Positions 9,788 to 19,900 of a stretch of 64,000 nucleotides of DNA are shown here, in pieces. Location of the stretch: contig CBDFMQ010000002.1 in the NCBI GenBank assembly GCA_965249725.1, positions 1,408,001-1,472,000 of the forward strand, in the 5' to 3' direction. The position numbers and the translations under genes were made by a program. The stretch comes from Longimicrobiales bacterium (GTDB lineage Bacteria; Gemmatimonadota; Gemmatimonadetes; Longimicrobiales; Gaopeijiaceae). Numbering within the stretch: the first letter of the stretch is position 1; the number at the start of each line of letters is the position of its first letter. Under the pieces are notes generated by a model. The model saw only the letters and a program-made list of their open reading frames with translations, had not been told where the DNA came from and ran no database searches.

Positions 9788-10207
9788 TCAGACCCTTTCC
9801 TCACGTGTGGCGAACCAGTCACGGACATACGCGATGGCGTCGGTGGTGGATGTCCCGGGCCCGAACAGCTGGCCGACACCCTGCGCGGCGAGAGACTTCA
9901 TGTCCTCCTCGGAGATGATCCCGCCTCCCGTGAGAAGCATGTGGTCCGCACCCTCCTCGTTCAGCAGTGCAAGCACTCTGGGAAAGAGGGTCATGTGCGC
10001 CCCGGACAGGACGGACAGTGCGACTACGTCGACATCCTCCTGAACGGCGGCATTGACGACCATCTCGGGCGTTTGATGGAGGCCCGTGTAGATGACCTCG
10101 AAGCCGGCGTCCCTGAAGGAGGCTGCGATGACCTTGGCCCCACGGTCGTGGCCGTCCAATCCAGGCTTGGCAACGAGCACCCGGATCTTGCGATCCTCCG
10201 ACGTCAT
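9788..10207 (-). CDS. Cobalamin-binding small subunit of a split acyl-CoA mutase (IcmB-like)
   Basis: [14 protein letters not shown] (DxHxxG), SVLSGAH, GGII. Confidence 0.93.
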   Translation of the reverse strand: MTSEDRKIRVLVAKPGLDGHDRGAKVIAASFRDAGFEVIYTGLHQTPEMVVNAAVQEDVDVVALSVLSGAHMTLFPRVLALLNEEGADHMLLTGGGIISEEDMKSLAAQGVGQLFGPGTSTTDAIAYVRDWFATREERV

Positions 10208-10300
10208 TGGCTTCTCCGTTTTGGGAATCCTCGCGGCGCGATCCGGTCGGGTCGCACGAGCGCCACAAATCTACCGAATCGAGAGGGGTCGTCACTAGAG

Positions 10301-10538
10301 CCCAGGAAGCGCGAAATCACGCACTCGGGTGCGTGTGGCCAACGTCCTCGGGGAACTCCGCGGAACCGAGCTGCCCGACGAGTACGTCGACGACCTGCGA
10401 AACAACGCCACACTCGCAGCCATGCTGGCGTACTTGGCCTCGGAGGACCCCCAAAGAGTGTCGAACGCACAGAGGACCCTCCCGGGCAACGAGGAGTGGC
10501 CGGGGTGTCGTCCGGCACGGCGGAGCTCCGGCCGATAG
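10301..10538 (+). pseudogene. Remnant of an M28-type (PA-domain) metallopeptidase with the catalytic core deleted
   Basis: VANVLGELRGTELPDEYV (normally followed by the AHxD zinc motif) is fused directly to DDLRNNATLAAMLAYLASEDP (C-terminal helix); no good RBS/start; family recognised from memory. Confidence 0.6.
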
Positions 10539-10658
10539 CCGACGCCATGCCAGCCGCTGGACAAACAGGACGTTCCGGCATAACATCGGCCAGTTTCAGG
10601 CCGTTTAAGGGTCTGGCCTAGCTAGAATTCAAACGCTCCAGTACGGAGGAGACATTCG

Positions 10659-11081
10659 ATGGCGCGGATTCGTGTCACGCTCAAGTGGATCAAGATTCTC
10701 GACAAGCTCGAGCCGTTCTTCAAAGAGACGGGCGAGTTCCGTTTCCGTTCCCAAGTGTCGAGTGAGAACGCGGGTGGTCTCTCCGAGGAGACCGGCTTTC
10801 CCGAGGAGGGGCACTATTCCCTATCGGACAAACCTGGCTGGAACTTCGTGACGCTGAACAAAGTGTTGTTCGACGGGGACATCGAAGACCACTTGGTCGT
10901 AGAGTTGTTCGGCGAGGAGATCGACACCCTGACCGCCAACGACGAGCTCGATCGATACCGCCGGGAATTCAGTGGACCGGTCGACGAGTGGGTGGGTCTC
11001 TACGAGCCCGCGGACGAGGGATCGGACGATCCTGAAGCGATGTCCAACTGGCGCATCAGCTACATCATCGAGAAAGCCTGA
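10659..11081 (+). CDS. Hypothetical acidic beta-rich protein, possibly C2-domain-like
   Basis: GGAGGAG RBS upstream, genome-typical codon use, terminator downstream. Confidence 0.8.
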   Translation: MARIRVTLKWIKILDKLEPFFKETGEFRFRSQVSSENAGGLSEETGFPEEGHYSLSDKPGWNFVTLNKVLFDGDIEDHLVVELFGEEIDTLTANDELDRYRREFSGPVDEWVGLYEPADEGSDDPEAMSNWRISYIIEKA

Positions 11082-11099
11082 CGTTCGGCACATAGCATG

Positions 11100-11138
11100 A
11101 AGAAGAGGGCCGTCGGTTCACCTGACGGCCCTCTTCTT
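11100..11138. terminator. Bidirectional intrinsic terminator
   Basis: AAGAAGAGGGCCGTC-N9-GACGGCCCTCTTCTT perfect 15-bp inverted repeat between convergent genes. Confidence 0.85.
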
Positions 11139-11140
11139 TG

Positions 11141-11181
11141 TGTGATCGGCTTTATGTGATCGGCCTGTTTGCGTGATCGGC
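11141..11181. repeat. GTGATCGGC x3 imperfect tandem repeat just downstream of the mutase stop
   Basis: Three copies spaced 14 and 17 bp apart. Confidence 0.7.
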
Positions 11182-11186
11182 TCGCC

Positions 11187-12911
11187 CTAGAAGAACACCG
11201 GCTCCTTGTAGCCGCCGAAGACCTCCTCCATGGCGTGACGGATCTCAAAAAGTGTGCAGTCCGCCCGCGCGCAATCGAGAATCGCCGGGACCACGTTGCC
11301 ACCGTCACGGCACACGCTCTCCAGGTCTTGCAGGGTGCGTTGCACCCGGGCGTCGTCTCTACCGGCCCGAAGCTCGGCCATGCGCTTACGCTGACGCTCT
11401 TCCACGGTCGCATCGATCTTGAGAGTGTCGATCTCGACCTCCTCCGAGCCTTCAGTGAACTCGTTCACACCCACCACCAGGCGAGTGGACGACTCCACGT
11501 CGCTCTGCTGTCGAAGGGCCGAATTCGCGATCTCCTGCTGGAAGAAGCCGGTCTCGATGCCCGGAACGACGCCGCCCAACTCGTCGATCTGACGGAACAG
11601 ATCGAGCGCTTCCGCCTCGAGTCGGTCGGTGAGCGACTCCACGAAGTACGAGCCCGCCAACGGGTCGATCGTGTTGGGCACGCCGCTCTCGAAGGCGAGA
11701 ATCTGCTGAGTTCGGAGCGCGATCCGCACGGCCTTCTCGGTGGGGAGCGAAAGAGTCTCGTCCATCGAGTTCGTATGGAGCGACTGCGTGCCGCCCAGGA
11801 CGGCGGCCATCGCCTGGTAGGCGACGCGCACAATGTTGTTCTCGGGCTGCTGAGCCGTGAGGCTCACCCCGGCCGTCTGAGCGTGTGTACGGAGCCGCCA
11901 CGCATCCGGGTTCGTCGCTCCGTACTTGTCGCGCATCACCCGCGCCCAGATGCGCCGGGCAGCCCGGAACTTCGCGATTTCCTCGAAGAAATCGTTGTGG
12001 ACATCGAAGAAGAACGACAGCTGCGGGGCAAAGCGGTTCACGTCGAGTCCCCGCTCGATGCCCCGTTCCACGTACTCGAACCCGTTCCGCAGCGTGAACG
12101 CCAACTCCTGGACAGCCGTGGCCCCGGCTTCGCGTATGTGATAGCCGGAGATGGAGATCGGGTTGTACTTCGGCGCGTGCTCCGAGCACCACTCGAACAT
12201 GTCGACGATGCAACGCAGCGCCGGCTCCGGAGGGAAGACCCACGCGTGCTGGGCTTGGTATTCCTTCAGGATGTCGTTCTGGACCGTACCACGCAGCTTG
12301 TCCGGCGAAACGCCCTGTCGCTCCGCAGCGGCCACATAAAAGCAGTAGAGGATGACGGCCGGACCGTTGATGGTCATCGAGACCGAGACCTTGTCGAGCG
12401 GAATCCCCTCGAACAGCGTCTCCATGTCCTTCAGTGACGAGATGGCGACGCCGCAGACACCCACTTCACCGAGGGAGCGTGGGTGATCGCTGTCGTAGCC
12501 CATGAGCGTTGGAAAGTCGAAGGCTACGGACAGCCCGGTGGTGCCATGATCCAGCAGATACTTGTACCGCTCGTTGGTCTCCTCAGCCGTCGCGAATCCG
12601 GCGAACTGGCGCATCGTCCAGAGACGAGTGCGGTACATCGTCGAGTAGGGACCACGCGTGAACGGAAACCGGCCGGGCACCCCCAGGGCGTCCTCATAGC
12701 TCTCCGCCTCTGCCCGGTCGATCGGCGTGTAGAGCGGCTGTACCTCCATGCCGGACAGGGTCGTGAACGGGACGTCGCGAGTCGGGGTCGCTCCGAACTC
12801 CTGTTCCCAGGCCTCGAGCTGCTCACGCAGCGACTCTATCTCCGCCTCTTGCTCGGCCACCTTATCGATTAGGTCGCCGGGAGACGTCAAATCACGCTCT
12901 AGAGTGGACAT
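11187..12911 (-). CDS. B12-dependent acyl-CoA mutase large subunit, isobutyryl-CoA mutase type (IcmA-like)
   Basis: WTMRQFAGF and DILKEYQAQ (Phe/Gln in place of the MCM Tyr/Arg), [19 protein letters not shown]; no B12 domain. Confidence 0.88.
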   Translation of the reverse strand: MSTLERDLTSPGDLIDKVAEQEAEIESLREQLEAWEQEFGATPTRDVPFTTLSGMEVQPLYTPIDRAEAESYEDALGVPGRFPFTRGPYSTMYRTRLWTMRQFAGFATAEETNERYKYLLDHGTTGLSVAFDFPTLMGYDSDHPRSLGEVGVCGVAISSLKDMETLFEGIPLDKVSVSMTINGPAVILYCFYVAAAERQGVSPDKLRGTVQNDILKEYQAQHAWVFPPEPALRCIVDMFEWCSEHAPKYNPISISGYHIREAGATAVQELAFTLRNGFEYVERGIERGLDVNRFAPQLSFFFDVHNDFFEEIAKFRAARRIWARVMRDKYGATNPDAWRLRTHAQTAGVSLTAQQPENNIVRVAYQAMAAVLGGTQSLHTNSMDETLSLPTEKAVRIALRTQQILAFESGVPNTIDPLAGSYFVESLTDRLEAEALDLFRQIDELGGVVPGIETGFFQQEIANSALRQQSDVESSTRLVVGVNEFTEGSEEVEIDTLKIDATVEERQRKRMAELRAGRDDARVQRTLQDLESVCRDGGNVVPAILDCARADCTLFEIRHAMEEVFGGYKEPVFF

Positions 12912-12964
12912 GCTCGAAGTCTACACATTTCCGGTCGAAATGTCCCGAACTGCTGGGTCTAGGC

Positions 12965-14029
12965 CTACGTATCAAGCAGATCCTGCAGGATGGAGGACGA
13001 CACCGAATACGGGGTCGCCTCGCCGGCCTGAATCCGGTCGAGTCCCTGTTCGAGGAGGACCTTGGCGCCCTCCCGCCCCCAGAGGACCCCGCGAAGTTCA
13101 CGTTCCGCCACTTCCCGCACCCGGACAGACGCCCTGGCCCGGCGCCGTGCCCCAAGCTGCCCGGAATCCTCCAGGAACCTCCCGTGCTCGTCGATGGCGG
13201 CCAGAAGCTCCGGCACACCCTCACCGGACTGAGCGACGGTCTTGAGAACGGGGATCTCCCAGGCCGGCTCTTCTACCTCCGGCTCGGTCCCCACGTTGGT
13301 CCCCAAACGCGACAGATCCACGCCATGGTGCGCCGGCACATCGCTCAAGGCCTTCCCCGCCCTGAGGTGCAGCGCCACACGCAGGTCCTTCATCAAGCGA
13401 TCCGCTCCCGGTCGGTCTGCCTTGTTTACGACGAAGATGTCGGCGATCTCCATGAGTCCGGCCTTCATGGCCTGGATGCCGTCGCCGGACTCCGGCACGA
13501 GCACGACCACCACGGTGTCCGCGGCCCCGGTAATCTCCAGTTCCGTCTGACCTACGCCCACGGTCTCGACCAGGATGCGGCCGAGTCCGAACGCGTCCAT
13601 GAGGTCGATCACCTCTTTGGTGGTTGTAGCCAGTCCGCCCAAGGAACCCCGTGTGGCCATGGAGCGGATGAAGATCCCGTTATCGGTCGACAGGTCGTTC
13701 ATCCGGATTCGATCCCCGAGGAGCGCACCGCCCGAGTAGGGCGACGTGGGGTCCACGGCTACGATGCCCACCTCGTCGCCCTGAGAGCGACATAGGGTCG
13801 CGAGCGCCGCGATGAGGCTGGACTTTCCCGCCCCTGGAGGGCCGGTCATGCCCAGGCGGCGCGCCCTCGGCCCCTTGTCGAGCGCCCGGTGAAGAAACCG
13901 CTGGAACGCCGGCCGCTCGCCCTCGATGACCGAGATCGCCCGGGCGAGCGCCACTCGCTTCCCGGCGCGGAATCTCTCCAGCAGCGCCTCGAGGCCCTCG
14001 GGGAGCGGCTCCAGGAGGTCTTCGGTCAT
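12965..14029 (-). CDS. meaB: Mutase-associated GTPase MeaB
   Basis: GPPGAGKS, DPTSPYSGGALLGDRIRM, ETVGVGQ, NKAD; ATG at 14029. Confidence 0.93.
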   Translation of the reverse strand: MTEDLLEPLPEGLEALLERFRAGKRVALARAISVIEGERPAFQRFLHRALDKGPRARRLGMTGPPGAGKSSLIAALATLCRSQGDEVGIVAVDPTSPYSGGALLGDRIRMNDLSTDNGIFIRSMATRGSLGGLATTTKEVIDLMDAFGLGRILVETVGVGQTELEITGAADTVVVVLVPESGDGIQAMKAGLMEIADIFVVNKADRPGADRLMKDLRVALHLRAGKALSDVPAHHGVDLSRLGTNVGTEPEVEEPAWEIPVLKTVAQSGEGVPELLAAIDEHGRFLEDSGQLGARRRARASVRVREVAERELRGVLWGREGAKVLLEQGLDRIQAGEATPYSVSSSILQDLLDT

Positions 14030-15714
14030 CGGATGCGCTCTCCGGGACGTATCCGTCGGGCGTGACGGAGCGGATTCTCGAGTAGATGCGTCGGAATGAA
14101 AAACACTAGCACGAACATGAGCAGCGCCAAGACCAAGCCCACAGCGAGCAGCCACACACTCCGGATCGAAATGTAGAGGACGGACGATATCACCGCCGTG
14201 GCAGTAGCGAAGATGCTAAGCGTGACGCGTCGAGCCTGTAGGTGAAGAAACCGCTCCTGACCCTGGATATCGCGGGGGTGCACACGGACCCTCAGTTCCT
14301 CCCGCTCGGCGCGGGTGAGAAGGTCCATCATGGTGCGGAGGGCCGCCTGCGCGTCACCGAGCAGGTCCCTGGCGACGGCGACCGGCTCACGCGCCGCGGT
14401 CTTCACGATCTCGCCTCTCAACCCGCGGACCACCCGCTTCACCACACCGAGACCGTCGAAGTTCCGATCGTAGCGAATCCCGAGCCCCTCCAGGAGGACC
14501 GAAGCTCGAAAGAAGTACACGAGCTCCTGGGGTAGCATGATGGGCCACGTATAGAATGTGTCGAAGATCTCGTGGATGATCTCTTCGATGCGGTCCCGAT
14601 TCGAAACCCTGACCCGGCTCATGATCGCGAGGATCTCGGTGGCGGCTTCACGGATCTCGCCTCTCGATACCTCGGGACTGATCATGCCGAGCCGATACAT
14701 GCCGTTGATCATCCCGTCCAGATCGTCCCGCTCCACCGCCAGCGCGAGATCGAGAATGTACTCCCGGGTCCAGCGGGGCACGTCCAGGACCATGCCCCAG
14801 TCGAGCACCACGATGGTTCCGTCGTCCTGGACGAGGAGGTTCCCCGGATGGGGATCCGCGTGGAGGAACCCGTCCACCATCATCATCCGGAGATAGAGCC
14901 CCGTGAGACGCTCCATGAGCTCCGAAAAGCGGAGACGGCCCGACGCGAAGAAGTCGTCCAACTGATCGATCTTCGTGCCCGGACAGCGCTCCATGACCAG
15001 AACGCGACGGCGCGTGAATTCGGGCAGTACCTCAGGGGCCCTGACCTTGGGATCGCTCCTGAAGTGGTGCTGAAACCGTTCGATGTTCTCGGCCTCGTGC
15101 TGGAAGTCCATCTCCTCCCGGACGCGGTGTGAGAACTCGCGCACCACGTTCGTCAGGGCCTGGATGTGGTGGTTGGGAAAGAGAATGTTGAGCCAGTACA
15201 GCAGGGTGAAGCCGATGTCGAGATCGAGGGCGACCAGTTCCTCGACCCCTGGACGCAACACTTTGACGACCACCTCGCGACCTGCCACGACGGCGCCATG
15301 TACCTGACCCAGGCTGGCGGCCGCCAACGGCTCTCGCTCGAACTCGTCGAAGGCCTCGTCCACCGAGCGGCCGAGATCCTCCTCGAGCACGGCGATGATC
15401 TGATCCGGACTGTCCGGCGGTGCCTGATCCTGAAGCGTCCCGATGGCGGTAAGGTACGGCTCGGGGAAGATGTCGGCCCGTGCCGAAAACAGTTGAGCAA
15501 GCTTGATGAAGGTGGGGCCGAGTCCTGCGACTCGAACCACCAGCTTCTCCGCTCTGCGCTGATGGTGGCGTTCACTCCGTCGTGCGGGACGTCCCAGGAT
15601 GATCCACCGTTTCCGGTCCCGGAGAAAAGCCAGCACGAACGGGGCGAGACCCGTGAGCACACGAATCCCCCTGAACAGCCGCCTCACGCCGCCACCCGCA
15701 TTCTCAACTGCCAC
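14026..15714 (-). CDS. ABC1/UbiB (AarF) family atypical kinase
   Basis: LGPTFIKLAQ, AAASLGQVH, VVKV, HADPHPGN, LDWGMV; two C-terminal TM helices. Confidence 0.92.
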   Translation of the reverse strand: MAVENAGGGVRRLFRGIRVLTGLAPFVLAFLRDRKRWIILGRPARRSERHHQRRAEKLVVRVAGLGPTFIKLAQLFSARADIFPEPYLTAIGTLQDQAPPDSPDQIIAVLEEDLGRSVDEAFDEFEREPLAAASLGQVHGAVVAGREVVVKVLRPGVEELVALDLDIGFTLLYWLNILFPNHHIQALTNVVREFSHRVREEMDFQHEAENIERFQHHFRSDPKVRAPEVLPEFTRRRVLVMERCPGTKIDQLDDFFASGRLRFSELMERLTGLYLRMMMVDGFLHADPHPGNLLVQDDGTIVVLDWGMVLDVPRWTREYILDLALAVERDDLDGMINGMYRLGMISPEVSRGEIREAATEILAIMSRVRVSNRDRIEEIIHEIFDTFYTWPIMLPQELVYFFRASVLLEGLGIRYDRNFDGLGVVKRVVRGLRGEIVKTAAREPVAVARDLLGDAQAALRTMMDLLTRAEREELRVRVHPRDIQGQERFLHLQARRVTLSIFATATAVISSVLYISIRSVWLLAVGLVLALLMFVLVFFIPTHLLENPLRHARRIRPGERIR

Positions 15715-15739
15715 CGAAAGGACACGCTAGTCGACCACG

Positions 15740-17107
15740 CTAGAGTAGGACGGTGGCGAGCCCAAGCAGCAGCAGAAAGCCCGTCATGTCCGTGAGAGCC
15801 GTCAGGAACACCGTCGACGCCACGGCCGGGTCCTGTCCCCTGCGGTCGAGGAACGTCGGGATGAAGGAACCGGCGAAGCCGGCCATCGCGATATTCCCCC
15901 ACATGGCGAGCAGAACAACGAGGCCGAGCCGGGGGTCGGTACCCATGGCGTTCGCCAGGGCCGCCGCCGCCACGGCCACGACCACCCCGATGACCGCGCC
16001 GTTCAACGAAGCCACTAGGATCTCTTTGCCGACCACGTGGCCTCGGCTTTCGAGAGGGCCCGCCGAAGTAGCCAGTCGACGGATGGTGACGGCCAGAGCC
16101 TGCTGACCGGCGTTGCCGCCCAGGCCGGCGACGACGGGCATCGCCACCGCGAGCAGGGTGGCCGCCGCGATCTGATCGCGGAAGAGCCACACCACGGCCG
16201 CCGCGAAGCTCGCCGTCATCGTGTTGAGGAGCAGCCACGGTAGACGGGCACGGATCGCGTCGGCCGAACTCCCGCGCAGCTCCTCCTCGTCCGACACACC
16301 CGAGAAGAGGAGCAGGTCCTCGGTGGTCTCCGCCTCGATGACGTCGATGACGTCGTCGAAGGTCACACGACCCAATAGGACGCCATCCTCGGAGATCACC
16401 GGAATCGAAGGGAGATTGTAACGTCGGATCAGGTGGCCCACGTCTTCCTGGTCGTCGTCGGGAGCCACCGACGCCACGATCGGCTCGACCAGGCTCTGGA
16501 CCGGTTCGGCGGTGTCTGCAAGGATCAGATCGTCTAATGGTACCGTGCCCAAGAGGCGCGCTCTGTCGTCTACGACGAAGACGGTATAGAAGTCCTCGAC
16601 CTCGCGACCCTGCGCCCTCACCACTCCGATCGCTTCTCCTGCCGTCACCGAACCCGGGACAGAAACCAGCGCCGTGGTCATGATGCCGCCGACGGTCTCC
16701 TCATGGTATTGGAGAAGATCTCGGATCTCCCCGGCCTCGTCGGCGGGAAGTTGTGCCAGGATGCGATCTTGATCCTCAGGCTCGAGCTCGCCGATGAGGT
16801 CGGTTGCATCGTCGACGGGAAGCTTGTGAAGCAGCTCAGCGCCCTTGGTCGGCTCCAGAGCGGCGAGCAGCTCACCACGAGCGTCCCCCTCCTCCATCTC
16901 CGCGAGCGCCTCGGAGGCGAGTTCCGCAGGAAGGGCCCGCACCAGCGCCAGACGCATTTTCCCATCCACCGACTCGACGACGTCAGCGATATCAGAGGGA
17001 TGGAGTTCCGCTAGAAACGCCTCCAACGCCCCCAGTTCGCCTTGCTCGACGAGGGAGGCCATGCGCTCCCGGAGATCGGGAAGATCCTGAGGTGTGCTGG
17101 TGCTCAT
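15740..17107 (-). CDS. mgtE: Magnesium transporter MgtE
   Basis: N domain (LHPSDIA), CBS pair, RLPWLL, GGNAGQQ, DPAVAS, LTD. Confidence 0.93.
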   Translation of the reverse strand: MSTSTPQDLPDLRERMASLVEQGELGALEAFLAELHPSDIADVVESVDGKMRLALVRALPAELASEALAEMEEGDARGELLAALEPTKGAELLHKLPVDDATDLIGELEPEDQDRILAQLPADEAGEIRDLLQYHEETVGGIMTTALVSVPGSVTAGEAIGVVRAQGREVEDFYTVFVVDDRARLLGTVPLDDLILADTAEPVQSLVEPIVASVAPDDDQEDVGHLIRRYNLPSIPVISEDGVLLGRVTFDDVIDVIEAETTEDLLLFSGVSDEEELRGSSADAIRARLPWLLLNTMTASFAAAVVWLFRDQIAAATLLAVAMPVVAGLGGNAGQQALAVTIRRLATSAGPLESRGHVVGKEILVASLNGAVIGVVVAVAAAALANAMGTDPRLGLVVLLAMWGNIAMAGFAGSFIPTFLDRRGQDPAVASTVFLTALTDMTGFLLLLGLATVLL

Positions 17108-17126
17108 GCCCCGGACAGTGGGGCGT

Positions 17127-17558
17127 TCACGACGCTTCGTCCAGTAGCTCCCGGACAAGTCGCTCCTGGACCTGAAACATGGCGCTGTCGAACCGAGCGT
17201 CGGTCTCGGGATGCTCGTGACCCAGCACGTGGAGCGTACCGTGGATCGCGAGCCGCACGAGTTCCTCTGTCACCGGAACGACCATGTCGGTAGCCTGACG
17301 AAGGGCCTGGTCGTAGCCGATATAGATGTCCCCGAGTACGGGCTGACCCTCATTGTGAAGGGCGAACGCGATGACGTCGGTGGGCCGGTCCAGGCCGAGG
17401 TAGTCTCTGTTGAGTTCGCGGATCGCTGCGTCGTCCAGCAGGGCGAGGGAGACCTCACCTTCCCCGACCGAGGCGTCCCGCAGGACCAACTCGACCGCCG
17501 AGCGCAGGAGATCTTGCGAGACGCCTCCAGCGGCTCCGAGCGAGACCTGAACCTCCAA
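17127..17558 (-). CDS. ybeY: rRNA maturation RNase YbeY
   Basis: LNRDYLG, PTDVIAF, LGDIYI, HGTLHVLGHEH. Confidence 0.95.
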   Translation of the reverse strand: MEVQVSLGAAGGVSQDLLRSAVELVLRDASVGEGEVSLALLDDAAIRELNRDYLGLDRPTDVIAFALHNEGQPVLGDIYIGYDQALRQATDMVVPVTEELVRLAIHGTLHVLGHEHPETDARFDSAMFQVQERLVRELLDEAS

Positions 17559-17563
17559 GCGGC

Positions 17564-19900
17564 TCAGACTCCTTCGTCGGTGACAGCACCCAGCTCCATC
17601 TGCTCGTCGTCCTCGCCGGCTCCCCGGGACGCGGCGGCGCCCATCTCGGTCGCCCCGCCGGCGTCCGCCTCGGCGGCCGAGCCGGGGGCCTCGGTCAGGT
17701 GCTGCGTGTCTGGATAGTCGATCCGGTGGTGGTAGATACCGCTCAAGACCTTCACGAACGTCTTCTTCAGTAAGGAGATCTCGCCCAGCGTCAAAGGAGC
17801 TTCGTCGAGCTGTCCGTCCTCCCGCTTGCCCTCCACGATCCCGTCCACGAGGCTCCGCACCCGCTCCGGAGTGGGCTCCTGCAGTACGCGCGTGGCGGAC
17901 TCGATGGAATCGGCCATCATGGCAATCGCCGTTTCCTTCGACTGGGGCTTGGGCCCCGGGTAACGGAAGTCGGCCTCGTCCACATTCTCCTCACCGAACT
18001 CGTCCTTCGCCTTCGCATAGAAGTACGCGATCAGCTGAGTACCGTGATGCTCGGCAATGAAGTCGATCACGATCTGGGGCAACTTCTCCTCCCGGGCCAG
18101 CCGGAGACCCTCGGTGACATGTTCCCGCACGATGGCCGCCGACGTGTCGGGCTTCAGTTTGTCATGAGGATTCCTGCCCTCCGGTTGGTTCTCCACGAAA
18201 TAGTGAGGCTTGAGGACTTTGCCCACGTCGTGGTAATACAGCCCGACCCGGCAGAGCAGACCGTGCGCGCCGATGGAATTCGCGGCCATCTCACCGAGAT
18301 TGGCCACGTTGATCGTGTGGGCATAGCTCCCGGGGGCTTCCAGGGACAGCCGGCGCAGCAGAGAGCGGTTCGGATCCGCCCACTCCAACAGCGTCTGGTC
18401 CGTGGTGATGCCCGTGAACCACTCGAAGACGGGCATGAAGCCCATAGCGACGATCGCGCTCAACGCGGCGTTGCCCCCGGCCCAACCCATCGAGACCGCG
18501 ACCGGGCCGGCGGAGCTCCCGTCGAGCAGCGCGAGGGCCAGGAGTGTCACCGCATAGGAGACCGTGATGATGGCCACGAACACCCACGTCTGAGCTCTGC
18601 GCCGGACGACGCGAACGCTCATGGCCGCCGCCGCCCCGCCGACCATGGTCGGAAAGAGCACCTGGGTGGCCCCGAACGGTGGCTGTGCCACCGTCAGCAC
18701 AGCCAGGACCAGCCCCATGACCAGAGCGATCCTGGAGTCCCAAAGAACCGCGACGGTCAGGGTCACAAACGCGATGGGCAACGCCTCGGGCGGCAATCCG
18801 TTCGCGGCCACGAGCCGCGCCAAAGCGAAATAGGCGACGAGCAGACCGGCCTGGAGGGCCAACCACCGTAGGGAGGCATAGATCAGGGGCCGAATGAAAA
18901 AGACGAGCACACCGAATACCGTGAGGATCGTCAGATTCAGAAGGAACGCTCCGAAGATCACGCCGAACCGGAGCCCCGGCTGCTCAAGCTGCTGGCGCGC
19001 ACGCAACTCCACCTCATAGGCGTTCAACCGCTCCAGGTCCTCTCGCGTAATGGGCTCGTTGGCCCGCACGATGGCCTCCTGCTGTACCACATTCCCCTTG
19101 GTCGTGGGGACCGCTTGCCGGGCCTGTTCGCGGTCCTCCTCCGTAGTGGCGGCGTTGAAGTCCAGCGAATACACCGTATGGCGGATCATGATGAGGCGGA
19201 GCAACTCGCTGAGGTCGGGACTGGGCGTCGCGAGCTGGCTCACGACCCGGTCCTGAAACTCACGGCCCGTGAGAACATCTCCACTCGCGACCGAGCGCCG
19301 GCCCGCGGCGCCTGCATCTTGGATCAGCAGCCGCTCCCCGGTCAGTTCCTCGGCCTGGGTGGCCTCAGCGACCCCCGGAGCGGCGAACTGCCGGGCCCCG
19401 GTCATGGCCGTGTTGCGAAGGAGGAGCCGCGTCTCCTCTTCCATCAGCAGCGTGGCTTGATCCAGCCGGGCGACTACGGACGTCCCCAACAGATAACGGC
19501 GTAGCGTCTCCGCTTCTCCCGCCGAAGCGATCGTGTCGATCTGGTCGAAGAAACGACCCAAGCGCACGGCCATGGTGTCGCCGGCCTCGGCTCGGAAATC
19601 GAAGGTGGGTGGCACGCCGCCGGCCGCATCCGCGCGTTCGCGCTGCAGCTCTGCGACGGACTTCGACACCACGAACGGCACCTCGGCGATCACGGGATCC
19701 GTCAGGACCATGCCGACCGAATACCGGCCCACGGTGGATCGACCGACCGGAGGGAAAAGCGCCGTAACGATGACCGCCAGGCCCACGATGAGCAGCAGCC
19801 GCGATCCATGATACAGCACGCCGTCCGGCCAGGGAGGCCTCGGTTCGTCCGAAGAGCCCTCGGAGATCGGGATTTGGTTTCCGCGACCGCTACGGGTCAA
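17564..19900 (-). CDS. 7TM-HD phosphohydrolase (PgpH/YqfF-like)
   Basis: N-terminal TM, extracytoplasmic domain, 7 TM, APGSYAH, YHDVGK, EHHGT, ADSIES; lies between phoH and ybeY. Confidence 0.9.
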   Translation of the reverse strand: MTRSGRGNQIPISEGSSDEPRPPWPDGVLYHGSRLLLIVGLAVIVTALFPPVGRSTVGRYSVGMVLTDPVIAEVPFVVSKSVAELQRERADAAGGVPPTFDFRAEAGDTMAVRLGRFFDQIDTIASAGEAETLRRYLLGTSVVARLDQATLLMEEETRLLLRNTAMTGARQFAAPGVAEATQAEELTGERLLIQDAGAAGRRSVASGDVLTGREFQDRVVSQLATPSPDLSELLRLIMIRHTVYSLDFNAATTEEDREQARQAVPTTKGNVVQQEAIVRANEPITREDLERLNAYEVELRARQQLEQPGLRFGVIFGAFLLNLTILTVFGVLVFFIRPLIYASLRWLALQAGLLVAYFALARLVAANGLPPEALPIAFVTLTVAVLWDSRIALVMGLVLAVLTVAQPPFGATQVLFPTMVGGAAAAMSVRVVRRRAQTWVFVAIITVSYAVTLLALALLDGSSAGPVAVSMGWAGGNAALSAIVAMGFMPVFEWFTGITTDQTLLEWADPNRSLLRRLSLEAPGSYAHTINVANLGEMAANSIGAHGLLCRVGLYYHDVGKVLKPHYFVENQPEGRNPHDKLKPDTSAAIVREHVTEGLRLAREEKLPQIVIDFIAEHHGTQLIAYFYAKAKDEFGEENVDEADFRYPGPKPQSKETAIAMMADSIESATRVLQEPTPERVRSLVDGIVEGKREDGQLDEAPLTLGEISLLKKTFVKVLSGIYHHRIDYPDTQHLTEAPGSAAEADAGGATEMGAAASRGAGEDDEQMELGAVTDEGV

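Noticed and set aside
11187..12911. Methylmalonyl-CoA mutase annotation
   Set aside because: Lacks the Tyr/Arg carboxylate-binding residues
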